The position numbers were made by a program, and so were the translations under genes. Shown piece after piece: positions 46,093 to 59,400 of a stretch of 64,000 nucleotides of DNA; position 1 is the first letter of the stretch; each line of letters begins with the position of its first letter. The DNA is taken from contig NIVC01000227.1 of NCBI GenBank assembly GCA_002269645.1, forward strand, positions 434,001-498,000. Direction: 5' to 3'. This DNA is from Macrostomum lignano. Its lineage: Eukaryota. The notes under the pieces were generated by a model. It was given only the letters and a program-made list of their open reading frames with translations, did no database searches and was not told where the DNA came from.

Positions 46093-47077
46093 AGGCTCTC
46101 TCTCCGACAGAGAGCTAAGCCTGCGGCTAAACTCGGCGCTCACTCTGTCCGGATTTGTGGAATCCAGAGCCGCTCTTCAGAGTGCAGCTGCTGACGTTTT
46201 GCAAGAAATACTGAGAGAGAGACAGGAAGCGATGAAAAAGTACACATGTATGGATTACGAAGCTACATGTACTTTCTTAGTCGGAAGCCACTCGGACGGT
46301 TGGGGCAACAACTTGACAGCAATAAACGGAAGAACTGACTTAGACTCCGATATGGATGTTGTTAGTCTGATTCCAAATAAAATGTTTCATTTGAAATCGG
46401 TGTGCCAGTGCGATGGCGATCCAGACCCGTACGAGCTGATGAACGGCCACATCCAGTACTTTGGATTCGGTGAGTTCCGCTGCATATGCAATTTGTTCCT
46501 TACCTACGTTTCTTTCTCTCTTGTGACGGATAATAAATTCAGTCGTAGGTTTTATAATAAATTTTTGTGTAATAGTTAAGGACCAGCGCCCCCAAATTCC
46601 CCTTCCCTTCCTGGTCCCTTTCAATCTGCGGAGTCAGCGGAATACAAAACATTTTTTCTTCAATCGAGCTCTTTACTGAGAGACTCAATTCACATCTACT
46701 GACCTGATATTTGTAAGCTAGAGAAATTCTGAAATCAACACCGATTATCTCGTCCTCAAACCATCTCTATCTCTACCAAGCTGAACAAAATATTTGTCAT
46801 TCTTTCTTCTGCTTTAAACCATTTATAGCTATTTTATCACTTTGTAGCATCGAGTCCTGCGATACCATTAACCGGGACAGCCCAGCGTCCAGCCGTGGAC
46901 GAAGTCTTCGTCCCCCGTCTTTGCCGGTACCCTCCGATTGCGCCCCTGGAGCTGAGCCGACCGTCAAACATTCCCCAGTCCGTGTTGCAGAGTCAAGACG
47001 CTCAATATGAGACCGGGAGTGAACGTAATTTATTTGCTTTTTGGCAGTCACCATACAAACAGCTAAGGAGAAATTAG
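46093..47077 (+). pseudogene. Truncated paralog of the cGLR-like gene (NTase N-lobe only)
   Basis: Exons 46093-46469 and 46848-~46993 have the same structure and phase as the intact copy (LVGSHSDGWG...DSDMD, PAVDEV...RLCRYP). Homology is lost at ~46993, stop at 47077. Confidence 0.8.
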
Positions 47078-47334
47078 GCAATAAACAAGAAGCAGAATAG
47101 CATATCGAAATGTTTAGTCCATCACTGAAGTCAGCCTGGCGGACTGCGTTAGAAGGCCATTCGATTTAAGCACCTGCCAAAGTGCCTCTGACAGCGGAGT
47201 TCCCATCTGGCCGTCTTCTCAGCTGTGATGACGAGGCCGACTGCCTCCCGTGCAATCCGCTCCAGCAGCATGAAGCGCCACTCCTTAGAGCGATAACTGA
47301 AGGCTTTCACACTCAGTCTCATATTGAGCGTCTT
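46994..47334. mobile_element. ~340-bp inverted-repeat-bounded element at the cGLR paralog breakpoint
   Basis: Perfect 19-bp IR AAGACGCTCAATATGAGAC (46994-47012) / GTCTCATATTGAGCGTCTT (47316-47334), extending imperfectly to ~29 bp. No TSD seen. Confidence 0.65.
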
Positions 47335-47769
47335 ATTCTCATTTTGATATTCCATTTTTTAGTCTATGGCCAAGCCATTCCTGCAGCCAAGACTGGGCAT
47401 GCTCTGGCCGTGGCTAGCCTGGCGTTGCTTGCGATCCTATGCAGTCTTATTTTGAATGTCTAAAGTCTTATCTAGAGCGTCAAAAGCTATACTAATCCTA
47501 GCAATATAGCAAGACAGCTTTAGTGTAGCAATGCCTACTAGTTGCGCATATGCAAGATCCTATTGAGTCTATTAGCTCGAACTAACGTTGATGCCTGGCC
47601 TACGGAAGAACTAACAGCGCGCGCGGGACACTCACACGGCAAAACTAACAAGAAACCAAATTTGAATCAGACCAAATTTGAACAAAGATAAATTAATGAG
47701 GGAAATTAATAGAAAAACAGAAAGAAACATGAGACCAAAAAAATATATTATTAACTATTAATTCCAACA

Positions 47770-47895
47770 GTAATCCTAAAACACAATAGAAAACTGCAAT
47801 AACAGGGTTCGCTCGCATTTTTTTCTATGCCACTTACTGGCTCATCGTCCCTGATCACCCTGTTATTGCAGTTTTCTATTGTGTTTTAGGATTAC
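47770..47895. mobile_element. 126-bp hairpin MITE-like element
   Basis: Perfect 38-bp inverted repeat (47770-47807 / 47858-47895) with a 50-nt loop. Confidence 0.8.
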
Positions 47896-47959
47896 GTGTT
47901 TTAGGATTGCGTTGGTGGCGACATCTTTGTTGCCGACGACGTCACACAACCATTCTCAC

Positions 47960-48184
47960 CTGGTAATCAGTGTAGGCCTTCTCCTCGGTGCCGTACGGTG
48001 CAAAGCAGAACTGGTGACCATTAGCCACCTTGCCCGGCAACTGTTCGCGCTCGTGTAGGCACCTGGCTACAAAGACGTCGCCACCAACGCACACAGCGCC
48101 ATCTGGGATCTCTCCATTGGCTGCTCTGATCCAGGACAGGCAGAGATCCACGCCTTTGCCGCTGCTGCTCTTGTAGATGCTCAT
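47960..48184 (-). pseudogene. Second DM9-repeat gene, exon 1 only (exon 2 missing)
   Basis: 225-nt exon of the same length and donor position as 30546-30770; 52/75 aa identical by hand count. No second DM9 exon downstream; an inverted DM9 fragment lies at 47908-47935. Confidence 0.8.
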
Positions 48185-48584
48185 GCTTTGCTTGCGTTTT
48201 TTCAAATGAAGATTATTGCCGAGTGCGGGTGTATCCGTTCTAGCCCGGTTGTAGAGCGGCCTAGCAATAGCTATTATACATGCATGCAGCACCGCAACCT
48301 CATTCAGTCATGCAGCTGGACGGAAAGGAAAGTTCTACGCGTCACTACTATTGCCTTGGCAATGATTTTCTTGCGGTGACTAATAAGCTAGCATAACCGC
48401 AAATGTATTTGTTACTGCAGTGTCAGCCAGTAAGTGTTTACGTGACTCTGCAGTTGCCTATTGAGAGTCGTAGCCAAGTGTCCAGAGTGCCATAAATGGA
48501 AAGTAAAAAGTTACCTACGCAGGATCGCTTAGTAGCAGGCAGGGAGAGCAGAACTAAATCTTGATAGTCTGACCCACGACGGCG

Positions 48585-49140
48585 CCCTCTTCCCAGTAGC
48601 TCTGTCGCCCCCTTCCCAGTATAGCCTTGGCGCCCCCTTCCCAGTACAGCCTTGGCGCCCCCTTCCCAGTACAGCCTTGGCGCCCCCTTCCCAGTAGCTC
48701 TGTCGCCCCCTTCTCAGTATAGCCTTGGCGCCCCCTTCCCAGTACAGCCTTGGCGCCACCTTCTCAGTACAGCCTTGGCGCCCCCTTTGCAGTACAGCCT
48801 TGGCGCTCCCTTCCCAGTAAAGCCTTGGCGCCCCCTTCCCAGTACAGCCTTGGCGCCCCCTTCCCAGTACAGCCTTGGCGCCCCCTTCCCAGTACAGCCT
48901 TGGCGCCCCCAATTTCCAGTATAGCCTTGGCGCCCCCTTCCCAGTATACCCTTGGCGCGCCCAATGTCCAGTATAGCCTTGAATTGGCGCCCCCTTGCCA
49001 TAGCCTTGGCGCACACTTTCCAGTATAGCCTTGGCGCCCCCTTCCCAGAATAGCCTTGGCGCCCTCTTCCCAGTATAGCCTTGGCGTCCCCCTTCCCAGT
49101 ATAGCCTTGGCGCCCCGAATTTCCAGTAGCCTTGGCCCTT
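48585..49140. repeat. Minisatellite, ~25-bp unit (CCCAGTACAGCCTTGGCGCCCCCTT)
   Basis: About 22 tandem copies. Confidence 0.95.
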
Positions 49141-49859
49141 CACAGTAGCTTTAAATTTGTCGCCACCTTCCCCAGTAGCTTTGCGCGCCCTCCGCCATTA
49201 CAGGTAGCCAATTAGTAGTACACCTATACATGTATGTGTAGACTGAAGACGTGCGCGCGCGTTAGAAGTGGCTGCAATAACAATCTCACCGGCCTGCGCA
49301 TTGACTACACTATGGATGCAAGCCAAATAAATATATATTCGGTCTTGGATTGGGGCACCACTGTACGTGTCTATGAAACCATGAGACTGTCATGCAGTGA
49401 AGCTGTTAAAATTTGCCTCGATGAGCACTGAGTGTGTCAGTCAATCATACATGTCCTTAGAGTCATATAGCTCTATTGTGTATATCATTGCTGTGGTTCT
49501 CATTACAAGTACATGTAATGTATAATGTATATGCACATGTTACGAATGATGAGGATTCGACAGCAAGAAGAGAAGCGTAAATCCAAGTCATTTGATTCAG
49601 GTCCACGGCACCACGTAGCGCAATAACTCCCAAACTATAATAGTTTTTGCTCCTGCAAAAGGAATATTTCACGCATATACTGCAACGTTGGAAGTTTGTT
49701 TTCAGCTTAGCTTTTAGCCTCTGGTGTCGACGATCATTTTGTCTATTTATAAAGTAATAGTGCTCAATTTGAGTTCGCGTGCACTTCTATTATTTTCTAT
49801 TATTTCTCTTTCTTTCTCTCTGCGTCAACCCCCACCCCTGTGTATAGTCTTTCGCGAAA

Positions 49860-50170
49860 TTTCTTTTCGTTTCCGATTGGCTGTAAATGCGTGAATAACG
49901 AACCCTAACCAATAGAGTGCTTAGTGCCTACCCTGTCGGAGAAATCCGATTGGTTAGGATTTACTAAGCTGCGTTTTTCACCCTGCCCTCCCCCGTCGCG
50001 GTCAGTCTATAAATTCAAGCAAGCTGGAGAGCTAGTAAATCAGGTTTCTTCGACTAATAAAGTCTGCAATAGTTGGCGAGAATTCGAACTCCGGAATACG
50101 CGGACCTACAATAATTTAATTTGGACTATTTTGGTTCTAACATAAATCCATCTTCAAATTATCTACTGAG
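49860..50170 (+). promoter_or_regulatory. Putative clathrin heavy chain promoter and non-coding first exon
   Basis: Three CCAAT/ATTGG boxes (49873-49955), TATAAA at 50008-50013, donor CTGA|GTGAGT at 50170, acceptor at 50412 ahead of the ATG at 50461. Confidence 0.55.
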
Positions 50171-50460
50171 TGAGTATTTAACCTAGTAATATTTTATTAA
50201 AAACTTTTTGGTGAATGAAAATTGAACATAGTTTATTATTTTTCGTTTCTGCACGATGCGGTGCTTTTTCATTTGTTATAACAGTGCTATGAGTTGTGCC
50301 TATTTCCTGAATTTAAGCATAAAGAATTTAACGGACAAAAAACTTCAATCGATCAACAGAAGAGAACGAACGTAGGCTACTGATTCTGAGTATTAGGCAG
50401 TAGTCTTTTTAGACATTTGCTAGAGAGTCCCAGGATTACCTAATACTATTCTATTGTATC

Positions 50461-53400
50461 ATGTCTCAGACAATTCCTATTAAGTTCCAAGAACATTTCC
50501 AGGTAAGTCTAATAAAAATCGGTTTTTACAGATAAACGAGTATGTATACATGTGTACTAGGCCTACAACTAGTACTCGCCACTAAATAGTGTTAGTTAAT
50601 CTTTATTGCTCAGGCTTCACCTTGCATGTCAGTATTTATAGTTCTATCATCTCCTTTTCTTTTTTCTCTTTCTGTTTTATACTTTATTCTTATTAAATCC
50701 TTTATTTAGCCTTCAGGCGGAATCAGGCCAGACTTTTTTGCTTTATGCTATTGTGTGTTGCTATAGGCCTAAATATTTAGGCAGTGCTTATCCCCACGGT
50801 ACCGTAGGAATAATTTCTGTCTTATTCCAACGGTACCGTGGGGATAATTTTCTGCTTATCTGCACGGCACATTGACGAGATAGCTGCCCCATCTTCTACA
50901 TATGCCGTGGGAATAATTTTCTGCTTATCCGCACGGCACATTGACGAGATAGCTGCCCCATCTTCTACATATGCCGTGGGAATAATTTTCTGCTTATCCG
51001 CACGGGTGAATTGTTGAAGCAATGCAATAATCTATACAAACAAATTGAGAATTTACATGTCTAGTAAGAAGTCTACAGAAGCAGCGGCAATGGACTTTTC
51101 GGGGATGTCGGGATTAGACTAGTTGCTAAAAGTTCCTAAATTGTAAACAATTACTAGAGCAATTCATCTTAAATCATACGTCATAAATACAAAAAAGTGT
51201 TTTTTTTGCGTAAAAAGGCCATTAAATCTTTACTTCTATCAAAATAATAGCCAAGCAAAGTTATGTTGTTATATTGCACTCAAACCGTAAGTACTAAACT
51301 AAATTATGAACCCACGGCATATGTAGAAGATAGGCAGCTATCTCGTCAGTGTGCCGTGCGGATAAGCAGAAAATTATCCCCACGGTACCGTTGGAATAAG
51401 ACAGAAATTATTCCTACGGTACCGTGGGGATAAGCACTGCCAAATATTTAACCTATAAACATAATTTTTTACTTTTTAATATTCTTAAAATTTCTTAAAA
51501 TATTTTTTAAGAATGTTTTAAATTAAAAAGCTTGGTAAAGCTTTTTTCAATGTCCAAGTTATAATTTATGGCTGCTAGCTACCCATAGGCCTAGCTACAT
51601 CTACATGTTCTTATTATGATCTGTATAATATAGCATTATTAGGGTTAAGATTAGCATAATTTATTTTAAATAAAAATATATAACTATATATGTAGTATAG
51701 GCCTTAAGGCATTTAACTAATTATCAAGTTTAAGAAAGTTATATGCTATCTTAAACTAGGCATATGCCTATTTAATTTATTTTCTGATTCAACTCAATGA
51801 ATTTATGCTTATTTATTGTAAAAGGGACCTAGTTTTAACTCAACTTTCTTGATTTATTTTTTTTATTAGCTCTATTATTTCCTCATTTTTTCTGCCTTTT
51901 TGTTTTATACTTTATTCTTATCAAATCTTTATTTAGCCCTTTGCTTAAGCCAAAGATTTTTTGCTATATGCTATTGTATATTGCTAAATAAATATTTTAA
52001 GGGTTAGAAAATATTGAAGTTTAAAGATTTTGAGATGGGGGGAGAAGAAAAGGAAAAAAATAATTTAATTTATTTGAATATTTTCATGTTTGACATTAGT
52101 CAGTTTCTGACACCAATTTAGGTGGGATGGTTTAACTTTGAATTGCCACCTGCATTGTCTTGGCACTTGTAAAGCCAGAAAATCTAACAAACTAATACAT
52201 TTAGCTTTTCTGTTGATACTTCGTCTGCTAGGTCCTCAATTCCAGGGGTAGGATAGTTATAATTTGCAGTTAGGCAGTCTTTTAATGGCACGGTCATTCA
52301 ATTGAGTCCTTAGATACAATAAATTTTGTAATCTGTCCATATGCTCAGTTTGTTACTATCAGTAGTAAAGTAGTACTACCACCATTGTAATTTCGTATTA
52401 CAGAATATTTAGGGCCTCAAGCTTTCTTTGAGATAAGACTAATTGGTTGTTTCATGCCCCGTGGGCAAATGACTCAATAGAAACTAAAGGCTTCAATTAG
52501 GAATGAGTGTATAAATATTGTTGTCACTTATTAATATTTAACACTGGATAGGCATTAGTTAAACAAATTACTAAGAATTACTAATGTATTATTATTATTA
52601 ATTGTTAATTCACTATGACAAGAGTAGATTTGGCGCAGCCAGGAGCAATTAATGAAATAAATTGGGGTTATGCACTGAGCAAATGAGAGATTAGCTATGG
52701 TCCAAAACAGAACCAGAACAAAAGTAAGAGAAAAGGGTGTTGAAAACTGAAACTGAACATGCAAGAATTTATACATAGAACTCGGCTAATTCCCGGGAAT
52801 GGGACACAAGGGGGAACACTGGGTGGAACACATGAGGGAAAAAGGAATTAAACTAGCAGTGGATACGTGGTAAAACATGTTAAAACAAGGATGGGACCAG
52901 GGAAAGGACTAGCAAATAAGTCATAATGCCAATAAAAGTTAAATAATTTTTTTTAATCTGTAAATTTTTCTAGTAGTCTTAAATCTAAAATTTGTAGCAT
53001 TTTTATATTGATTTTATTATTTTAATTTAACAATAACATGGATAATGAAGTTCTTTGCTATCTTTTCTCACTATTTGAAATTTTCCTCACTAATGCAAAC
53101 CTTTTCATCACTTTTCGGAACTTTTCCTGAGTACTTTAAAGTCATTAAAACTTATCAGTATAGGAAATGTTTAGTTTTGTGGTTTGTCAGGATTAGGAAG
53201 GGGATAGCAGCAATTAGTAAAGGTATAAATAAAGATTTTCTATGTTCAATCTGTGCATGCAATGTATGAGTATGTAACACTCAGTTAATTTTTTGTTACA
53301 AATTATTAATGCATTAATTCGTGCATAGGCATGAAAGGTGAGCGAGATGCACAGAAAAGGCACTTTAGGGGTCTATTGAATGTTTTGGAAATGCACCTGT

Positions 53401-56400
53401 ATACATATTTACACCGCACATGTACACCTTATGCACCTCTAATTCACCTTTTGTGCACTTTCTGCGCCCCTTCAGCACCTTTCCTACACCTGCTGTGCCT
53501 CACTTGTGAGCCTACTATTTATTCACTTTTTGTGTACCTCCAGTGCCCCTTACGCACCTTTAGTGCCCCTACCGCCGCAACCAATCAAAATTGAGAATTC
53601 ACCTACTGCCTAACCACTTCACCGATTTTACACCTTTCATGCCTCTTTTCAAAAATATTGGTGACATTTAGGCATAAAAGGTGCAGTCAGGTGCATTTCT
53701 AAAACACACACAAAATAGGCCACTAAGGTGTCTCTTTTGTGCACCTCGCTCACCTTTTATGCCTCTGCAGGTGCATAATTTTTCCAATGGGTATACTAAC
53801 TATAAACTTAGGAAAGTTTATTATCTTTATTGATTCTTGATATAATTCTTATTCTTAAATATATTATATATAAATACTAAGCTATAGCCTAGTGGTCTAT
53901 TGTGATGCTTTGATGTGCTAGTGGCCTAGACTTCTTTCCAAGTGCAGCCATATTACTTTGGGGATAAATTGTAATCTTGGCTTAGGGCTGCTTGTGCAAT
54001 GAATTCCCCCCAAAGCACAGTGAAAGGTCTTGTTAAGATTTGTTATGTTCAAAGACACTACGTGGTTGGACTCAAACTCTACTGAGGTTAAGCAACCACC
54101 AGTTTGCTTATGTACTACAATTCTATTGAAACTCTACTGAGGTTAAGCAACCACCAGTTTGCTTATGTACTTCAATTCTATTGAAACTCTACTGAGGTTA
54201 AGCAACCACCAGTTTGCTTATGTACTTCAATTCTATTGAAACTCTACTGAGGTTAAGCAACCACCAGTTTGCTTATGTACTACAATTCTATTGAAACTCT
54301 ACTGAGGTTAAGCAACCACCAGTTTGCTTATGTACTTCAATTCTATTGAAACTCTACTGAGGTTAAGCAACCACCAGTTTGCTTATGTACTTCAATTCTA
54401 TTGAAACTCTACTGAGGTTAAGCAACCACCAGTTTGCTTATGTACTACAATTCTATTGAAACTCTACTGAGGTTAAGCAACCACCAGTTTGCTTATGTAC
54501 TTCAATTCTATTGAAACTCTACTGAGGTTAAGCAACCACCAGTTTGCTTATGTACTTCAATTCTATTGAAACTCTACTGAGGTTAAGCAACCACCAGTTT
54601 GCTTATGTACTTCAATTCTATTGAAACTCTACTGAGGTTAAGCAACCACCAGTTTGCTTATGTACTTCAATTCTATTGAAACTCTACTGAGGTTAAGCAA
54701 CCACCAGTTTGCTTATGTACTTCAATTCTATTGAAACTCTACTGAGGTTAAGCAACCACCAGTTTGCTTATGTACTTCAATTCTATTGAAACTCTACTGA
54801 GGTTAAGCAACCACCAGTTTGCTTATGTACTTCAATTCTATTGAAACTCTACTGAGGTTAAGCAACCACCAGTTTGCTTATGTACTTCAATTCTATTGAA
54901 ACTCTACTGAGGTTAAGCAACCACCAGTTTGCTTATGTACTTCAATTCTATTGAAACTCTACTGAGGTTAAGCAACCACCAGTTTGCTTATGTACTACAA
55001 TTCTATTGAAACTCTACTGAGGTTAAGCAACCACCAGTTTGCTTATGTACTACAATTCTATTGAATAAAAACCCCTGTGCTCAACCCAACCCAGCTGCAA
55101 AACATCGGCATCAACAATGCCAGCATCGGCTTCTCCACGCTCACCATGGAGTCAGACCGGTTCATCTGCGTCCGCGAGAAAGTCGGTGAAACCGCCCAGG
55201 TAGTGATTGTGGATATTAACGATCACAGCAACCCCACTAGGCGGCCAATATCAGCCGACAGCGCCATCATGAATCCTGTCAGCAAGGTGATCGCTCTGAA
55301 GGCTGGCAAAAGCTTGCAGATTTTCAATATCGAATTGAAATCTAAGATGAAGTCGCACACGATGACTGAGGATGTCACTTTCTGGCGCTGGATCACCGTA
55401 AATACTATTGGCATAGTGACGGAGACTGGAGTGTACCACTGGAGTCTGGAGGGTGACTCTGGCCCGGTTAAGATGTTTGACAGGTGAGACTGTTTTGCTT
55501 GGGTACACGAGTATATGAGATTCTTTCCGAAATTCGCCTACTATCACGGAAGATTTTTGTTCATAAAATTCTCCGTTCTCTCACACAATGCCACCAAAAA
55601 TTCTTAGAAAATTCCCCTTTAGGTACTCTCCCTTCTTTTTTTAATGAGAAACTCCTCAAAAGATTCTACATTCTTTGAAAGATTCCCCTTTAGCGGTTCC
55701 CCGTTTTTAGAAAGATTCCCCTCTAGTGATTCTCCATTTTCTCGAAAGATTCCCCTCTAGTGATTCTCCATTTTTAGAAAGATTCCCCTCTAGTGATTCT
55801 CCATTCTTTAAAAGATTCCCCTCTAGTGATTCTCTATTCTTTGAAAGATTCCCCTCTAGTGATTCTCCATTCTTAGAAAGATTCCCCTCTAGTGATTCTC
55901 CATTCTTAGAAAGATTCCCCTCTAGTGATTATTCTATGAAAGATTCTCCCTCTAATGATTCTCCATTCTTAGAAAGATTTCCCTCTAGAGAGTTTCTATT
56001 CTTTAAAATATTCCTCTCTAGAGGTCTGTTCTCCCAGCTATAATAAATTCCCCTCGAGAGATTCTCCTCATCGGAATCACAACAAATCACCGCCGTTCTT
56101 TAGTTATATCCCTTTAGAAGTCTTTCTTAATTCACCCAGAAATTCTCTTGAGCTCACCATCACCCCCCCCCTTCGCGATGAAACCCGGCAGGCACGCCTC
56201 CCTGTCCGGCTGTCAGATCATCAACTACCGTTCGGACACCAGCCAGAAGTGGCTGCTCATCATTGGCATTTCGGCGCAGCAGAATCGCGTAGCCGGAGCC
56301 ATGCAGCTGTACAGCGTCGAGCGCCGCGTCTCCCAGCCAATCGAAGGCCACGCCGGCGTGTTTATCGAGTTCAAATTGGAGGGCAACGCCTCCCCGTCTA

Positions 56401-59400
56401 ACCTGTTCTGCTTTGCTAACCGAGGAGTACAGGTAATATTATGATTGTATAAATCAAGTCTTTACTAGGCAATAGTGTTGAACCCGTCCTATTCATATTC
56501 CTACCTATATCTTGCTTACAGATTTGTACTTTTAAAATTTCTCAATATGCACTTGTTTTTTAGATTCTCTACTTTGATTCCCTCTCTGAGATTTCCCACT
56601 TTGATTGCCTCTCTGAAATTCCCCACTTTGATTGCCTCTCTGAAATTCCCCACTTTGATTGCCTTTCTGAGATTCCCCATCTGATTCCCTCTCTGAGATT
56701 CCCCATCTGATTCCCTCTGAGATTCCCCACTGGTTCCGTCTCTTGAGATTTCCCATTTGATTCTCTCTGAGATTCCCCACTTTGATTCCCTCTCTGAGAT
56801 TCCCCACTGGTTCCGTCTCTGAGATTCCCCATTTGATTCCCTCTTTGAGATTCCCCACTTTGATTCCCTCTCTGAGATTCCCCACTTTGATTCCCTCTCT
56901 GAGATTCCCCACTTTGATTCCCTCTCTGAGATTCCCCACTTTGATTCCCTCTCTGAGATTCCCCACTTTGATTCCCTCTCTGAGATTCCCCACTTTGATT
57001 CCCTCTCTGAGATTCCCCACTTTGATTCCCTCTCTGAGATTTCCCACTTTGATTCCCTCTCTGAGATTCCCCACTTTGATTCCCTCTCTGAGATTCTCCA
57101 CTTTGATTCCCTCTCTGAGATTCCCCATCTGATTCCCCTCTGAGATTCCCCATCTGATTCCCCTCTGAGATTCCCCATCTGATTCCCCTCTGAGATTCCC
57201 CATCTGATACCTTCTCGGAGATTTCCCGACTCTACTACCCCTCTAAGTAAAAGTACGAGTATATTATTCGATCCTGCAAACTAATTATCCTTTAAAATTC
57301 CTCTCCCTAAACCCGCACCGGCAGGCCGCCAAGCTGCACGTGATCGAGGTGGGCCAGCCCGCTGCCGGCAACCAGCCCTATCCCAAGAAGCAGATCGATT
57401 TGTTCTTCCCGCCGGAGGCTACCTCCGATTTCCCGGTTGCTATGCAGGCCTCGCCTAAGCACGGCATCGCCTACCTGGTGACTAAATACGGCTACATTCA
57501 CATGTACGACATGGACACGGCTACGTGCCTGTACATGAACCGGATCAGCAGTGAGACCATTTTTGTCACGGCTCCGCACGAACCCAGCGGTGGAATCATT
57601 GGCGTCAATAGGAAGGGTCAGGTGCTGAGCGTCAGCCTTGATGAGGACAATGTTATCAGTGAGACTCTTGGCTTATTGCTCATTTTGGCTTCATAAAATC
57701 ATTTTGCTTCATTTGGCTTCATTTTGGATCATCCCCTGACAATTTTGTTTATCCTCCCCTGACAATTTTGTTTATCCTCCCTTGACACTCTTGTTTATCC
57801 TCCCCTGACAATCTTGTTTATCCTCCCCTGACAATCTTGTTTATCCTCCCCTGACACTCTTGTTTATCCTCCCCTGACAATCTTGTTTATCCTCCCCTTG
57901 ACACTCTTGTTTATCCTCCCCTGACACTCTTGTTTATCCTCCCCTGACACTCTTGTTTATCCTCCCCTGACAATCTTGTTTATCCTCCCCTGACACTCTT
58001 GTTTATCCTCCCCTGACAATTTTGTTTATCCTCCCCTGACAATTTTGTTTATCCTCCCCTGACAATTTTGTTTATCCTCCCCTTGACACTCTTGTTTATC
58101 CTCCCCTTGACACTCTTGTTTATCCTCCCCTGACAATTTTGTTTATCCTCCCCTTGACACTCTTGTTTATCCTCCCCTGACAATCTTGTTTATCCTGCCC
58201 TTGACCCTTGAAATCTTGTGTATCCTCCCCGTAGGATTTTTGGGTTTCTTAAGAACTCAGCCCTTAGATATTATGTAACTAGCCCTGAGATCTCATAACC
58301 AACCTTGAGGTTTGACCTAACCAGGCTCTGAGGTCTCACAAAACCAGGCCCCGAGGTTGAGATCTCACATAAACAGCCCTGAGATCTCACCCTGAGATTT
58401 GCGCCCCTATTCCGCCACCCGCAGGCTACGTGACCAACAACCTGCAGAACCCGGACCTGGCACTGAAGCTGGCCTCGCGCAACAATCTTCAAGGCGCTGA
58501 CGACCTGTTCCTGCGCAAGTTCAACAGCCTGTTCCAGCAGGGCAATTACTCTGAGGCTGCCAAAGTGGCCGCCAGCGCTCCTAAGGGCATCCTGAGGACT
58601 CCGCAAACTATTCAACGATTCCAACAGGTGCCAGTGCAGCCAGGGACCACCTCGCCAATGCTGCAGTACTTCACCATCCTGCTTGACCAGGGCCAGCTCA
58701 ACAAATACGAGAGCCTGGAGCTGTGCCGCCCCGTGCTGCAGCAGGGCCGCAAACAGGTGGTAGAGAAATGGCTCAAAGAGGACAAGCTGGAATGCTCTGA
58801 AGAGCTGGGAGATCTGGTTAAGCAGACCGATCCAACTTTGGCTTTGAGTGTCTACCTGAGAGCCAATGTGCCGCATAAGGTTATCCAGTGCTTCGCAGAG
58901 ACTGGGCAGTTCCAGAAGATCGTGCTCTACGCTAAGAAGGTAAGCCAGAATCATCCTCAAAGCACCCCTGGAATCGCCCTGAAAGCACCCCTAGAATCAC
59001 CCTCAAAGCAACCCATAGAATCGCCCTCAAAGCACCTCTAGAATCGCCCTCAAGGCACCCCTAGAAACGCCCTCAAAGCACCCCTAGAATCGCCTTTAAG
59101 GCACCCCTAGAATCGCCTTTAAGGCACCCCTAGAATCGCCTTTAAGGCACCCCTAGAATCGCCCTCAAACCACCCCTAGAATCGCCCTCAAGGCACCCCT
59201 AGAATCGCCCTCAAACCACCCCTAGAATCGCCCTCAAAGCACCCCTAGAATCGCCTTCAAATCACCCCTAGAATCGCCCTCAAACCACCCCTAGAATCGC
59301 CCTCATGGCACCCCTAGAATCGCCCTCAAATCACCCCTAGAATCGCCCTCAAAGCACCTCTAGAATCGCCCTCAAAGCACCTCTAGAATCGCCCTCAAAG

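Noticed and set aside
47149-47355. 68-aa minus-strand ORF with CQRHF, reminiscent of a THAP finger, or a replacement exon 2 for the DM9 paralog
   Set aside because: The N-terminal Cys pair and conserved Pro of THAP are missing, the frame runs through the element's inverted repeat, and no convincing acceptor was found.
50650-52000. ~130-bp degenerate direct repeat (50650-50770 versus 51870-52000)
   Set aside because: An old AT-rich local duplication with no element hallmarks; noted but not informative.
54076-55065. CRISPR-like appearance of the palindromic 55-bp array (and of other arrays)
   Set aside because: Units are contiguous and identical with no unique spacers, there are no cas genes, and the context is a eukaryotic intron.
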